Assembly: GCA_030690215.1 (NCBI GenBank)
Contig: JAUYHD010000029.1
Coordinates: 14,568-78,567, forward strand
Origin: a bacterium
GTDB taxonomy: Bacteria > Patescibacteriota > Minisyncoccia > 1-14-0-10-42-19
Length of the DNA: 64,000 nt
Reading direction: 5' to 3'
Below are positions 37,510-49,442 of the stretch, piece after piece. A program made the position numbers and the translations under genes. Every line of letters begins with the position of its first letter. The stretch's first letter is position 1. A model generated the notes under the pieces. It did no database searches. It saw only the letters and a list, made by a program, of their open reading frames with translations, and was not told where the DNA came from.

Positions 37510-38316
37510 ATGCTCAAAAAAATAATACCGCTTGTAGTATGCCTCATGCTGCCGCTTATAACTGCCGCGTCACCCGCACCGTTACACCATCCGAGCTCAT
37601 ACGAACCGATTATTCGGGATAATTTTCAAGCAGTAAGAAATGTTGTAGTCGCAATCGCCGTAGAATTTGTTTCGAAAAAAGATCCTCCGGCTCCCCCCGA
37701 AAAAACGATAGGATCCGGAATCATTATTCACCCCGACGGAATCATTTTTACCAACGCCCATGTTCTATCCGAGAAAGATTTTGCGATAAAAAATATCACG
37801 GTAGAACTGTGGGACGGAAACGTATTTTTTACCAAAGATGTCCAGTGGATAGACACAAAAACAGATACAGCCAGGATTAAGGTTGATGCGGTATTCACTC
37901 ACTATGCAAAAATTGACGCGCGCAATTTTGATGCCATACGCCAAGAAGATATTGTGGGAGAAAAAGTCATCATCATGGGCCATCCGTTTGGATTGTCGTG
38001 GGACATAGTAGAAGGATATATCACCCACCCTTCGCGCATATTGACCGAAGACAATGCCAACTCTTTTATACAACTAGAGCTCCATGTAAACCCGGGAAAC
38101 AGCGGTGGCGGGTTGTTTGATAGCCAGGGAGAGCTTATAGGAGTACCCACTATGATGATCGATGGATCCGGCAAAGGATTTGCAATTCCCATAAAACGCT
38201 TCTGCGACAAAGACAAAGAACATGGCTATAATGCATGTGTGCAAACGAGGCCCGAAAAAGCAATAAAAGCGCCGGAACACACTCCTTTATTCCCCTCTGC
38301 TCCTTCAATACAGTAA
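37510..38316 (+). CDS. Exported trypsin-like (S1C) serine protease
   Basis: Signal peptide, GSGII, TNAHV, DTARI, GNSGGG. Confidence 0.9.
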   Translation: MLKKIIPLVVCLMLPLITAASPAPLHHPSSYEPIIRDNFQAVRNVVVAIAVEFVSKKDPPAPPEKTIGSGIIIHPDGIIFTNAHVLSEKDFAIKNITVELWDGNVFFTKDVQWIDTKTDTARIKVDAVFTHYAKIDARNFDAIRQEDIVGEKVIIMGHPFGLSWDIVEGYITHPSRILTEDNANSFIQLELHVNPGNSGGGLFDSQGELIGVPTMMIDGSGKGFAIPIKRFCDKDKEHGYNACVQTRPEKAIKAPEHTPLFPSAPSIQ

Positions 38317-38320
38317 TATA

Positions 38321-38342
38321 AAACCCCCAACTTCGGGGGTTT
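38321..38342. terminator. Terminator between convergent genes
   Basis: AAACCCCC..GGGGGTTT. Confidence 0.65.
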
Positions 38343-38368
38343 CTCTTTGCATAACGCATCTAATAATT

Positions 38369-39091
38369 CTAGAATACCGGATTCAATGAATAAATCATGT
38401 AAAAACCAAGAATGATGAGGAACAGGCCAACCGAAAGGCGCATAAGTCCTCGGTGCTTGTGCCTCCATGCCTCTAAGCGTTCTGACGATGTGCCAAAATA
38501 GGCAAACGCAATAATAATAAGAAGCGGAAGAACAAAAATAAAATTATACAAGAGCAACAACGGAACGGCGGTTGCATACGCCCCCTTGGACAGAAGCCCC
38601 AGTACCGCGAGATACGGCGCACCCGTACACGGCAATTCAACAAGTACGACAAAAATGCCGAGCACAACCATGGTCAACAAAAGCAGGCTAAAATGACGGG
38701 ACTGCATCCGTTCAATCCACATAGTATACGATTTAATGCGCGCAGACGCTCCGGGAATCATCTGCAACGAAAATCCTTTTCCATACCAAAAATAATCTTT
38801 AATTTCCAAAAATCCCGCAAAAATGGCAATCAATGCGACAATCCAATAAAATACTCCCGCAACATCGGGGCTCAAAGCCGCAAACCGAAGAATACCGAAC
38901 CCCAACACTAAATACGTAAGATACACCACGAGTGTATATGTAAGCCCCCCGGCAAGCATTCGGTTTTTGCTCTTAAATACGCGCGTCATAAAAGCAATCA
39001 AAAACACTAACACGCCAATCACGCATGGATTGATGCTGTCTAAGAGCGCTGCTCCGATAATAATGCCCAATGTAAGATTTCCTTCAAGCAT
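38369..39091 (-). CDS. CcdA/DsbD-beta-like membrane protein
   Basis: DSINPC and ELPCTG intramembrane Cys pair, 6 TMs. Confidence 0.8.
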   Translation of the reverse strand: MLEGNLTLGIIIGAALLDSINPCVIGVLVFLIAFMTRVFKSKNRMLAGGLTYTLVVYLTYLVLGFGILRFAALSPDVAGVFYWIVALIAIFAGFLEIKDYFWYGKGFSLQMIPGASARIKSYTMWIERMQSRHFSLLLLTMVVLGIFVVLVELPCTGAPYLAVLGLLSKGAYATAVPLLLLYNFIFVLPLLIIIAFAYFGTSSERLEAWRHKHRGLMRLSVGLFLIILGFYMIYSLNPVF

Positions 39092-39110
39092 GGTTTGGGT
39101 ATGAGTTATG

Positions 39111-39198
39111 TCCCGCTATTTACTTTAAATATTTTTAAATTATTGTATAGCGGGATCCCGCCATTTTATACGTTATAATTTTTGAATACATGGCGGGA
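39111..39198. repeat. Double hairpin with GGGATCCC junction inside an RGTTATG heptamer tract
   Basis: TCCCGCTAT..ATAGCGGGA TCCCGCCAT..ATGGCGGGA; heptamers at 39097-39110 and 39199-39232. Confidence 0.8.
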
Positions 39199-39242
39199 AG
39201 TTATGGGGTATGGGTTATAAGTTATGAGTTACAAGCCGCTCG

Positions 39243-40049
39243 TTACTCGTTACTGCTAACAGAGCAACCAGCGAAATCGGCAAACTCGGGAATTTGCTGA
39301 ATACCGATTGCGCGTTTTACTTCTACGCCATCCCGCTCAATGATGAATGTCGGCGTTTTTGTAATATTTTTTTCTAAGCACAATTCGGGCTGAGGATTAT
39401 CTCCGTCCGGGTGGCATTCAATAGACTGTAATTTTGAATACGCGGGACCAAATACTTGTTCTTGTCTCCTGCAACTACTGCATCTGACCGACTTGTAGTA
39501 TATAACCTGATTATCGTTAGCGCATAAAAAAAGTTCAGAATAATCTTCTTTTGTTCCTCCACTCATTTGGGCAAAATAAGTGATGCCCACGACCAGCAAT
39601 CCTCCGATTATAATAGGAATGGTGTTGCGCAAAGGAATAGGAGTAGTTTTGCGCGCCGCAAGAAAAGAAATGATGAGAATGCCTATCATTGTTACTTTAG
39701 ACGATTCGCAGAGGACACAAAATGCCTTTATCACAGACACCTCAATAAATGTCAGATAAAAAGACGGAACAAGCATAAAAAGCGCCAAAAAGAAAACGCT
39801 TTGGAATACCGCATCTTTCTTATAAAAAAACAGAAGAACAATCAGCAAGGAAAAAAATCCGATTCCTAGAAGCGACATGGGGATACCGAATACTTCAGAA
39901 TAAATACTCGTGGTTACCACATCACAAGACACCTCTGCCGAAAAATCGCAAAATGACTGGGCATTCGCATAATGCAAATATGTAAGGTATATCATGATAC
40001 CCAACCCCGCAAACGCAAAAAGAATCGCGAGAATCCTATATATTTTCAT
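39243..40049 (-). CDS. VKOR-family protein fused to a thioredoxin-like domain
   Basis: FCDF..SCDVVTTS, FCVLC, C-terminal CSSC and TPTF. Confidence 0.88.
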   Translation of the reverse strand: MKIYRILAILFAFAGLGIMIYLTYLHYANAQSFCDFSAEVSCDVVTTSIYSEVFGIPMSLLGIGFFSLLIVLLFFYKKDAVFQSVFFLALFMLVPSFYLTFIEVSVIKAFCVLCESSKVTMIGILIISFLAARKTTPIPLRNTIPIIIGGLLVVGITYFAQMSGGTKEDYSELFLCANDNQVIYYKSVRCSSCRRQEQVFGPAYSKLQSIECHPDGDNPQPELCLEKNITKTPTFIIERDGVEVKRAIGIQQIPEFADFAGCSVSSNE

Positions 40050-40145
40050 TGTTCCCATTATAGAACAGCGCGCAGAAACCTGCGAACCAAGTTATACACA
40101 ACAAAAAAAACTGGACGAAGATCGCCCAGCGTGCATATCTAAAGA

Positions 40146-40592
40146 TTATTGCGTTCGTATAATTCCTTCCCCGTCAATAAAATATGTTTCTATTTCCAGT
40201 TGAGGAAATTTTTTCTTAAGAAATGCTTTTGCTTTCTTGTGTTCTTCACGATGAAACGCAAATTCTTTTTCTTCGCTATTGTGGAACCGCGCAATGCCTC
40301 CATATGCTCCGCAATGGGTATGCGAAAAAAGCATAACGCGTTTAACGTGGTGAAGTTGTATTGATTTTTCAATCTCGCGAACATAAAAATCCCGATCGCT
40401 TTCAAATTCAGGAGATGCAAATATTTTCGCGCCGCCCGCAGGAGATTTTGGGTCTATGTGTTCGTACCCCAAGCTCGCGATAAAGTGCTTGAACGACTTC
40501 CAAAAACGATCGTCAACACAGCGTACCGTAAACGCATCCGCGGAATAATGCCCAAGATCGCTTTTTTCTTTAAATACGTATTCTTTTTGCAT
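40146..40592 (-). CDS. Beta-carbonic-anhydrase-like protein
   Basis: CVDDR and HTHCG zinc ligands. Confidence 0.8.
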   Translation of the reverse strand: MQKEYVFKEKSDLGHYSADAFTVRCVDDRFWKSFKHFIASLGYEHIDPKSPAGGAKIFASPEFESDRDFYVREIEKSIQLHHVKRVMLFSHTHCGAYGGIARFHNSEEKEFAFHREEHKKAKAFLKKKFPQLEIETYFIDGEGIIRTQ

Positions 40593-40625
40593 ATATCCTC
40601 CTTTATGAACGGTTCAAAAAAGATA

Positions 40626-40937
40626 TTACACTACTTTATGTGAAATTTCAACCGCCTCTAATGGCTTTGAAACGTCGGGATCGCTCACCAAAATAACAAC
40701 CTTGCTGTGCGGTTTTACTTCAATAAAACCGAAAGGAACCGGAATTTCTATCATATGCTCAGACTGAATCACGCCCTCCTTTGCCTGTATGTATATTTTA
40801 ACGCTTCCGCGAACCAAAGAAATCAACGGGGCATGATCTTCCAAGATTGTTATTTCTCCCATAGCGGTTTGCGCGATTATTTTTTCCGTATCACCGTCAA
40901 ACAATGTTTTTTGGATAGAATAAACAGCAACTTTCAT
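40626..40937 (-). CDS. atpC: ATP synthase epsilon subunit (beta-sandwich only)
   Basis: GEITILEDHAPLIS, GFIEV; last gene of the atp operon. Confidence 0.85.
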   Translation of the reverse strand: MKVAVYSIQKTLFDGDTEKIIAQTAMGEITILEDHAPLISLVRGSVKIYIQAKEGVIQSEHMIEIPVPFGFIEVKPHSKVVILVSDPDVSKPLEAVEISHKVV

Positions 40938-40960
40938 AAAATAAATAGGGGAAGTTTCTT

Positions 40961-41180
40961 AAAATTAAAAATGTAAAATGTAAAACTCAAAATGAAAAAT
41001 GACAATAAATAATTTTCAATTTTTAATTCTCAATTTTCAATCAATAGTCAATTTTCAATTTTCAAACACAAAACTAAGAAAAAGAGGGTTTGAAAATTTA
41101 GTCATTGAAAATTCAATGAAAATTAGAAATTGATAATTGAAAATTCAGTCTTAATCATTTTGATTTTTGATTTTTGAATT

Positions 41181-41183
<3 letters not shown>
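40961..41183. repeat. Nested inverted arrays of 7-bp tandem repeats
   Basis: AAAATGT-type and AATTTTC units on the left, GAAAATT and ATTTTTG units on the right. Confidence 0.85.
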
Positions 41184-42560
<1,377 letters not shown>

Positions 42561-43490
42561 TTACCGTTCAAGCGCTTCAACGCCCGCAGTAATTTCGGTT
42601 AATTCTTGGGTGATACTCGCCTGGCGCGCCTTGTTATAGAGCAACTGTAATTCTCCTATAAGTTCCTTTGCATTATCCGACGCAGCTTTCATCGCAACCA
42701 TCCGCGCAGAATGCTCGGATGCATTTGATTCAAGAATAATATGATGCATATGCATACGGAGCAAAAGCGGAATAAGCATATCCAGCAATTCTTGAGGCGA
42801 CGGCTCAAAAAGATATTCGTAACTATACCGCGTCTCGGCACCTTCAGAAATCTCCTGTTCTGAAAATTTCCCCTTCTCGGGGGAAATGCTCTCCACTATT
42901 TCCTGCAACCCTTCCTTCGTTGCGGGAAGAATAATTTTTTTTACTACATCCTGGCGCAATGTTGAGCGAAAATTAGTATACACGACAATAACTTCGTCGT
43001 AGCGCTTCTCAAGAAACCCTTCCAAAAGACTGTCGGCAACGGGCATCGTGTCCTTAAACTCACTGAAATCACCAAATCCTAAAAATGTTTTTTCCATTGT
43101 CTCGTGCCTATGTCCAAAATAATCTTTTGCCTTTTTCCCTACGGTTACCAAAACATATTGTTTTTTTTCTTTTTTCATCCCAAAAAGCAATTCTTCCGCT
43201 TTGCGAAATACATTCGCATTGAAAGCGCCCGCAAGCCCCTTGTCCGAAGACACAACACATATAAGAGATTTTTTTACTTCCCTTTTTTCAAGCACCGACG
43301 GCAAAACCGAAGCATATTCCAAAAGCCCCTTCAGCATTTTAAACGAAGCAACCGCAAAAGGACGCGCGGATATCGCAAACTCCTGGCTTTTGCGCATTTT
43401 GGTGGCCGAAACTGCCTCCATTGCTTTTGTGATCTGGGCAATATTTTTTACGGAACGCACTCTATTTTTTATTTCTTTTGACGAGGACAT
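42561..43490 (-). CDS. atpG: ATP synthase gamma subunit
   Basis: QITKAMEAVS, SDKGLAG, SEHSARM, NKARQASITQEL. Confidence 0.98.
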   Translation of the reverse strand: MSSSKEIKNRVRSVKNIAQITKAMEAVSATKMRKSQEFAISARPFAVASFKMLKGLLEYASVLPSVLEKREVKKSLICVVSSDKGLAGAFNANVFRKAEELLFGMKKEKKQYVLVTVGKKAKDYFGHRHETMEKTFLGFGDFSEFKDTMPVADSLLEGFLEKRYDEVIVVYTNFRSTLRQDVVKKIILPATKEGLQEIVESISPEKGKFSEQEISEGAETRYSYEYLFEPSPQELLDMLIPLLLRMHMHHIILESNASEHSARMVAMKAASDNAKELIGELQLLYNKARQASITQELTEITAGVEALER

Positions 43491-43495
43491 ATAAT

Positions 43496-45022
43496 TTATT
43501 TTATTTTTTTGAATTCTTCAACGCCATTCTTTATTTTTTCCTCGATAGCTCCGGATAATTCTCCTGTCTCGCGTATCGTGCTTACAATATCCTTTTCATG
43601 CATCTTCTCCATATAATCAAGAAGCTTGACGCCGGTACTCCGTACAGCATCAACAGGAAGATCATCAAAATATCCGTGAGTCGCGACATACATAAGAATA
43701 ACCTGCTTTTCAAACGGAATTGGTTCTCGTTCACCCTGCTTTAACACTTCAACCAATACTTTCCCGCGCAAGAGCCGTTTTCGGGTTGATTCATCCAAGT
43801 CGGAAGCAAACTGGGCAAATGCCGCAAGCTCACGGAATTGCGCAAGCTCAAGACGTAATTTGCCCGCAACTTTTTTCATTGCTTTTGTCTGGGCAGCGGA
43901 CCCGACGCGCGAAACCGAAAGCCCGACATTCACCGCAGGACGATTCCCCTGATAAAAAAGTTCCGGCTCCAAATAAATCTGTCCGTCGGTAATCGAAATA
44001 ACATTCGTAGGAATATACGCTGACACGTCACCCAATTGAGTTTCAATGATAGGAAGCGCGGTGAGCGATCCCCCGCCGTGCTCCTTGCTTAATTTTGCGG
44101 CACGCTCAAGAAGACGCGAATGAATATAAAAAATATCTCCGGGATATGCCTCTCTCCCTGGAGGACGGCGCAACAAAAGCGAAAGTTCCCTATACGCCCA
44201 CGCGTGCTTTGAAAGATCGTCATATATCACAAGCGCATCCTTTCCTTGGTGCATAAAATATTCCCCAATTGCAGCACCCGCATACGGAGCTAAAAACCAA
44301 AGGGATGTCGCTGAAGAAGACGGAGCAGAAACAATAATTGTATATTCCATCGCACCCGCTTGTTCGAGCGTTGAAACAATTTTTGCTGTCTTTGATTCTT
44401 TTTGGCCTATAGCAACATAAATACAAATCGGAGTCTGATAGCGGCTATCACGGCCCTGATTAATAATTGTGTCAATGACCAATGATGTTTTCCCTAATTG
44501 CCGGTCTCCAATAATAAGCTCACGCTGCCCGCGTCCTATCGGAATCATGCTATCAATCGATTTAATTCCGGTATGAAGAGGCGTGCCTACCGGTTCGCGC
44601 ATAATAACGCCCGGGGCTTTGCGTTCCACAGGATAATATTCTCCTTCTCCCTTATGAAAAATTTCTCCTCTGCCGTCTTGCGGTTTGCCCAACGGGTCAA
44701 TTACTCTTCCGATAAGCTTGTCGCCGACATGCATAGAAAGTACCCGCCCTGTGCCTCGCACCGTATCTCCCTCTTTGATTTTGAGATATTCGCCGAGCAC
44801 AATTGCCCCGATCGTATCTTCTTCAAGATTGAACGCAATCCCCTGCACAACACCATGCTCTGTCTCGAACTCCAATTCTTCTTGAGAAGCAACTTCGCCA
44901 AGCCCCGAAATGCGGCAAATTCCATCCCCCACCTCAATCACGGTTCCTATTTTTTCCGCTTTAATTTCACGCGCAAATCCCTCAAATTCTTTTTTTAAAT
45001 TTTCAACTATAAAATCTGCCAT
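43496..45022 (-). CDS. atpA: ATP synthase alpha subunit
   Basis: [33 protein letters not shown]. Confidence 0.99.
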   Translation of the reverse strand: MADFIVENLKKEFEGFAREIKAEKIGTVIEVGDGICRISGLGEVASQEELEFETEHGVVQGIAFNLEEDTIGAIVLGEYLKIKEGDTVRGTGRVLSMHVGDKLIGRVIDPLGKPQDGRGEIFHKGEGEYYPVERKAPGVIMREPVGTPLHTGIKSIDSMIPIGRGQRELIIGDRQLGKTSLVIDTIINQGRDSRYQTPICIYVAIGQKESKTAKIVSTLEQAGAMEYTIIVSAPSSSATSLWFLAPYAGAAIGEYFMHQGKDALVIYDDLSKHAWAYRELSLLLRRPPGREAYPGDIFYIHSRLLERAAKLSKEHGGGSLTALPIIETQLGDVSAYIPTNVISITDGQIYLEPELFYQGNRPAVNVGLSVSRVGSAAQTKAMKKVAGKLRLELAQFRELAAFAQFASDLDESTRKRLLRGKVLVEVLKQGEREPIPFEKQVILMYVATHGYFDDLPVDAVRSTGVKLLDYMEKMHEKDIVSTIRETGELSGAIEEKIKNGVEEFKKIK

Positions 45023-45048
45023 AGTATAAAAATTTTTTAATGCTAATG

Positions 45049-45425
45049 TCCCGACGCACCATCATACTTTTTGTAATAATGAAGTCGGGATCCCGATATC
45101 CTTTATCATATTTTTTAATAGATATCGGGAAATAAATTTTGTCTTAATTTGCACACCCATCACATAACTTTGTATTCATAAATATTTTTTTCGACACAAA
45201 GTTATGTGCTGGGTAAAGTCACCGCACTGTTCACGAAGCAAGTTTTGATGTACAAAACGTAGCTGAGTGATTACAGTGCGCAACCCCGCCTATTCCTCGG
45301 CATATTTATTTTATAATACTTCGTGAACATGCGAGGTCTTCGCCCATTCAACTACTCGCTCGCGCTCGCAGGAATGGGCGGGGGTTTGGCTACCCGCCAA
45401 AGTTTGCTTCGCAAATTTAGGCGGG
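45049..45425. repeat. Cluster of palindromic elements in the atpH-atpA spacer
   Basis: GTCGGGATCCCGA double hairpin 45049-45130; CCCAGCACATAA element 45156-45213; CCCCGCCTATTCCT/AGGAATGGGCGGGG 45284-45384; CCCGCC hairpin 45393-45425 containing the atpH stop. Confidence 0.8.
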
Positions 45426-45809
45426 GCCAATTCCTTTAAATAATTTTCTTAATTGGCCCGCCCCACTCGCGTCAATAACCGTATCGCCATCAATAATAAA
45501 TTTTATGCCTGCAAAAAGTTTAGGATGTATTGATTCGTGGAGAATAACGTTCCCGCCGAATACATGTTCTATTTGTTTTTTCACAGCAGAAGATAACGGT
45601 GATACCGACTCAACGCTAACCGTATGCAGGCCTTCCGTATTGCTGTGGATTTTCCCAACCTCCTCCAATATCCTTCCGACATACTGCTGGTCCCGGTTAC
45701 GGACAATATACGCATAAAAACGCCGCATAATAGCCTGTCTCTCGCTGTCTTTTGCGTCCCGCAGGGCTCCATATAATGCGTGAGCGTATTGTCTCGTAGT
45801 ATATTTCAT
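45417..45809 (-). CDS. atpH: ATP synthase delta subunit (short form)
   Basis: QYAHAL, ESVSPL, LFAGIKFIIDGDTVIDAS; operon position. Confidence 0.88.
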   Translation of the reverse strand: MKYTTRQYAHALYGALRDAKDSERQAIMRRFYAYIVRNRDQQYVGRILEEVGKIHSNTEGLHTVSVESVSPLSSAVKKQIEHVFGGNVILHESIHPKLFAGIKFIIDGDTVIDASGAGQLRKLFKGIGPA

Positions 45810-45821
45810 TATGATAAAAAT

Positions 45822-46331
45822 TTATTTATAGGTTGCTTTCAATTCTTTCAACGCTTCTTCTATTAACTTTTCGTCGCGCTCGGAGGCGGACATTTTACCT
45901 AACACATGAACAGTTGCCGCACGCACGAGCTCGCGCGTATCTTTATATACTTCGTCTTTTATTTTTCCTTTTTCTTCTTCTAGGCGGCGCTTTGCCTCAT
46001 CAAGCATTTTTTCCGCCTGATGCTCGGCTCCCTGGACAATCCCGACTCGTTTTTCTGACGCATCTTCTTCCGCTTTTTGAATAATACCAAGCGCTTCACC
46101 CCTTGCCCCCAAAAGAACCTCCTCACGATCTTCATTCACCCGCTTCATTGTTATTTCCGCATCGCGGGTAAGCGTAATTCCTTTTTCAATCTCTTCCCGC
46201 CTTGTTTTAAGCATCTTCATCAAAGGACCAAATGCGAATTTCTTAAGCAAAAAAAGAAGAATAGTAAAATTAATTGCTTGCGCAAGAAGCAATTTCCAAT
46301 CAATGCCAAAATTGTGGATGAATTCATTCAT
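45822..46331 (-). CDS. atpF: ATP synthase F0 subunit b
   Basis: AQAINFTILLFLLKKF..P plus coiled coil. Confidence 0.95.
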   Translation of the reverse strand: MNEFIHNFGIDWKLLLAQAINFTILLFLLKKFAFGPLMKMLKTRREEIEKGITLTRDAEITMKRVNEDREEVLLGARGEALGIIQKAEEDASEKRVGIVQGAEHQAEKMLDEAKRRLEEEKGKIKDEVYKDTRELVRAATVHVLGKMSASERDEKLIEEALKELKATYK

Positions 46332-46341
46332 ACAATGCTCC

Positions 46342-46431
46342 TACGAACATACGAACAATGTACGAAAATACGAAAGAGAAATTGTATTTTTCGTATTATT
46401 TCGTAATTTCGTAGGGGTTCGTACTTTCGTA
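46342..46431. repeat. Inverted short tandem repeats TACGAA x4 / TTCGTA x5
   Basis: Period 8-11 bp; fills the atpE-atpF spacer. Confidence 0.85.
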
Positions 46432-46434
46432 GGA

Positions 46435-46674
<240 letters not shown>

Positions 46675-46684
46675 TTAATAATAA

Positions 46685-47440
46685 TTAATGCTGATGGCTC
46701 ACCGAAATGCTTATAAATACCATCGTAAGCATTGCGAACACAAGCGCCTGCACAAATCCGACGAACAGCTCAAGCCCCAAAAAGGGAACAGGAACCAGAA
46801 AAGGCGCCAAAAACGCCATAATTACCAAAAGCACCTCGCCCGCAAAAATATTACCGAATAAGCGAAACGAGAATGATATCATTTTAGCAATTTCTGAAAT
46901 TAATTCAAGAACACCCACAAAAAAATCAATGGGACTTTTTATTGAGATAAACTTGGAAACATGCTTAAAAAAGCCGATCGCGGCAATACCAAATATATTC
47001 GTAAGAAACACAGAGATTATCGCAAGCGCCAGCGTAAAATTAAGATCACTCGCAGTTGAGCGGAAAAGCGGTACAAAGCGTTCTTCTCCATGCAATTCTT
47101 CTCCGCCAATAACAGACAACCCTATAGAACCCACTCCCGGCAAAATACCCATCCAATTGGAAAGGAGTACCAAAAGAAAAATAGTGGCAATGACAGGAAA
47201 ATATTTTTCTGCTTTATCACGCGTTCCAAAAACACCTTCCATCATGCCAAGAAACCGTTCTATTAGGATTTCGAATATATTTTGCAGCCGCCCGGGAACA
47301 ATCGACATCCCTCGGTATATCACGCAAGAAAACACCGCAAGAACAACGATTGTAATCCACACCATGATAAGCGTATTCGTAATAGGGAACCCGAATATCG
47401 TGCCTATTGTTTCGGCTGCGACTTCAATATGAGGCGACAT
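46685..47440 (-). CDS. atpB: ATP synthase F0 subunit a
   Basis: SFSFRLFGNIFAGE, FVQALVF. Confidence 0.97.
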   Translation of the reverse strand: MSPHIEVAAETIGTIFGFPITNTLIMVWITIVVLAVFSCVIYRGMSIVPGRLQNIFEILIERFLGMMEGVFGTRDKAEKYFPVIATIFLLVLLSNWMGILPGVGSIGLSVIGGEELHGEERFVPLFRSTASDLNFTLALAIISVFLTNIFGIAAIGFFKHVSKFISIKSPIDFFVGVLELISEIAKMISFSFRLFGNIFAGEVLLVIMAFLAPFLVPVPFLGLELFVGFVQALVFAMLTMVFISISVSHQH

Positions 47441-47481
47441 CTTTCCATTGTATAGAAAAACCGCGTGTTAGCAATCATGTG

Positions 47482-48729
47482 TTATTCGTACCGAAGCGCC
47501 TCAATAGGAGATTTTCGTGACGCTTGGCGCGCAGGATAGAGCCCAAACACTACCCCCACTCCGCTTGAAACAAGCAAGCCAAGAAGTGCGGCGGATACGG
47601 GAAAAACAAATTGCCATGCAAGTCCTACAAATTGACTCAATATAAAGCCCACTATAAAAGAAAGAACTGTCCCCAAAAAAATTCCGATAACGCCCCCAAA
47701 TCCTGTTAAAAATACTGCTTCAACCAAAAATTGGCTCATAATATCGCTATCAGTCGCTCCTACTGCTTTCCGAAGACCGATCTCGCGAGTTCTTTCGGTA
47801 ACCGATACAAGCATGATGTTCATAACGCCAATCCCCCCAACAACAAGAGCAATTGCAACTACAAACGTAAGGAAGGTCGTAAAAATACCTATAATGGTAC
47901 TCACCTGCTCAACTAACCCCTGTTGCGTTTGAACATAAAAATCATCATCGGCCGGATCGTCAATATTATGAAGCGCGCGTAATGTTGCTTGTATATCAAA
48001 TACAACCCGGTCTACCGATTCGGGTGAATCGGCGCGCACAATAATTTGATTATAATAATTATTTCCCGTTAAAAATGCCTGAGCTGCAGTATACGGAACA
48101 AGTACAAGCTCATCTACATCAAAAAAAACAACTTGCCCGCGCTTTTCAAACACGCCCACAACCCGGAATTTATTTCCTTTTATCGTTATGGATTTCCCTA
48201 TCGGATCGGAAGTGCCGAATAATTCATCTTTGACGCGCCCGCCAATTATCGCAACCCGCGCTTTATTATGGATATCGGTCTCGTCAAAAAATATGCCGTC
48301 AGACAACTGCAACCCAAGCGAATCGCGCATAAATTCTGCCGAAAAACCAAGAATCACCGGCCTGAATGTTTCCCCTTCAAATGAAATACTTCCGCCCGGA
48401 ACTAATATTTCAGGCGCAACACCAATCGCATTCGGAATATTCTGTTTCCGCCCGAGCGCTTCCAATTCCCTATCTTTCAATGAATCCCCAAAAAGCGATT
48501 CCGCAAAATCCGTTGGGCCCGACGGTTCTTTCCCGGGGCGTACAACGACTGTTTCCGCGCCAAGCCCCCCAAGTTCACCTACAATAATCGCTTCGGCAGC
48601 ACTCCCGATAGACATCACCATAATAATTGAGGTGATGCCAATCACTATTCCGAGCACGGTTAAAAAAGACCGTGACCGGTGAGCGATGAGCGCCGCAAGC
48701 GCTGTTTTTATAACATATAAAAATTGCAT
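47482..48729 (-). CDS. MacB/FtsX-type ABC permease
   Basis: RSFLTVLGIVIG, GGIGVMNIMLVSVTERTREIG, PIEALRYE. Confidence 0.93.
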   Translation of the reverse strand: MQFLYVIKTALAALIAHRSRSFLTVLGIVIGITSIIMVMSIGSAAEAIIVGELGGLGAETVVVRPGKEPSGPTDFAESLFGDSLKDRELEALGRKQNIPNAIGVAPEILVPGGSISFEGETFRPVILGFSAEFMRDSLGLQLSDGIFFDETDIHNKARVAIIGGRVKDELFGTSDPIGKSITIKGNKFRVVGVFEKRGQVVFFDVDELVLVPYTAAQAFLTGNNYYNQIIVRADSPESVDRVVFDIQATLRALHNIDDPADDDFYVQTQQGLVEQVSTIIGIFTTFLTFVVAIALVVGGIGVMNIMLVSVTERTREIGLRKAVGATDSDIMSQFLVEAVFLTGFGGVIGIFLGTVLSFIVGFILSQFVGLAWQFVFPVSAALLGLLVSSGVGVVFGLYPARQASRKSPIEALRYE

Positions 48730-48730
48730 A

Positions 48731-49441
48731 CTATTTTATGAAATGATCGCGAGCCCATCTGCGCTTCGAAACGAGCGAATCGCCGGCTATTTCCCCGTCG
48801 CGAACGCGAATGATCCGCTTCGCATGTTCAGCGGTATATGTCTCGTGAGTAATCAAAAATATCGTGTGCCCTTTTTCTTCATTGAGATGCTGGAGAATCT
48901 CCATAATCGACTGCCCCGATTTTGAATCAAGATTTCCTGTCGGTTCATCGGCAAAAATAACTTGAGGATTATTCACAAGAGCACGCGCAATTGCAACGCG
49001 CTGTTTTTCTCCCCCCGAAAGCTCTGACGGCTCGTGATCAACGCGGTGCGCGAGCCCCACAGATTCAATCGCCTTCATCGCGCGGTCATTCCATTCCGAC
49101 GACGGAATTGTTGAATACGAAAGAGGCAATTTCACATTTTCAAGAACGCTTGCGCGCGCAAGTAAATTAAACATCTGAAAAATAAAACCCATTTTTTCGT
49201 TACGAAGACGCGCAATACCGTCCGGCCCGTAATCATCAAAGGTCTTCCTTTGGAATTTGTATGTACCCCCTGATTGCGCATCCAAAAAGCCAAGCACATG
49301 CAAAAGTGTTGATTTACCCGATCCCGAAGGACCCATAATGCCCACAAACTCTCCTTTTTCAACCTCAAAAGAAACCCCGTGCAAAGCCCGGGTTCCATCT
49401 GGATATTCTTTGGAAATATTTTTTACCTCAATAAGCGCCAT
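48731..49441 (-). CDS. MacB/LolD-type ABC ATP-binding protein
   Basis: GPSGSGKS, LSGGEKQR, ADEPTGNLD; start refined. Confidence 0.95.
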   Translation of the reverse strand: MALIEVKNISKEYPDGTRALHGVSFEVEKGEFVGIMGPSGSGKSTLLHVLGFLDAQSGGTYKFQRKTFDDYGPDGIARLRNEKMGFIFQMFNLLARASVLENVKLPLSYSTIPSSEWNDRAMKAIESVGLAHRVDHEPSELSGGEKQRVAIARALVNNPQVIFADEPTGNLDSKSGQSIMEILQHLNEEKGHTIFLITHETYTAEHAKRIIRVRDGEIAGDSLVSKRRWARDHFIK

Positions 49442-49442
49442 A

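Noticed and set aside
46707-47432. 241-aa plus-strand ORF
   Set aside because: Antisense shadow of atpB.
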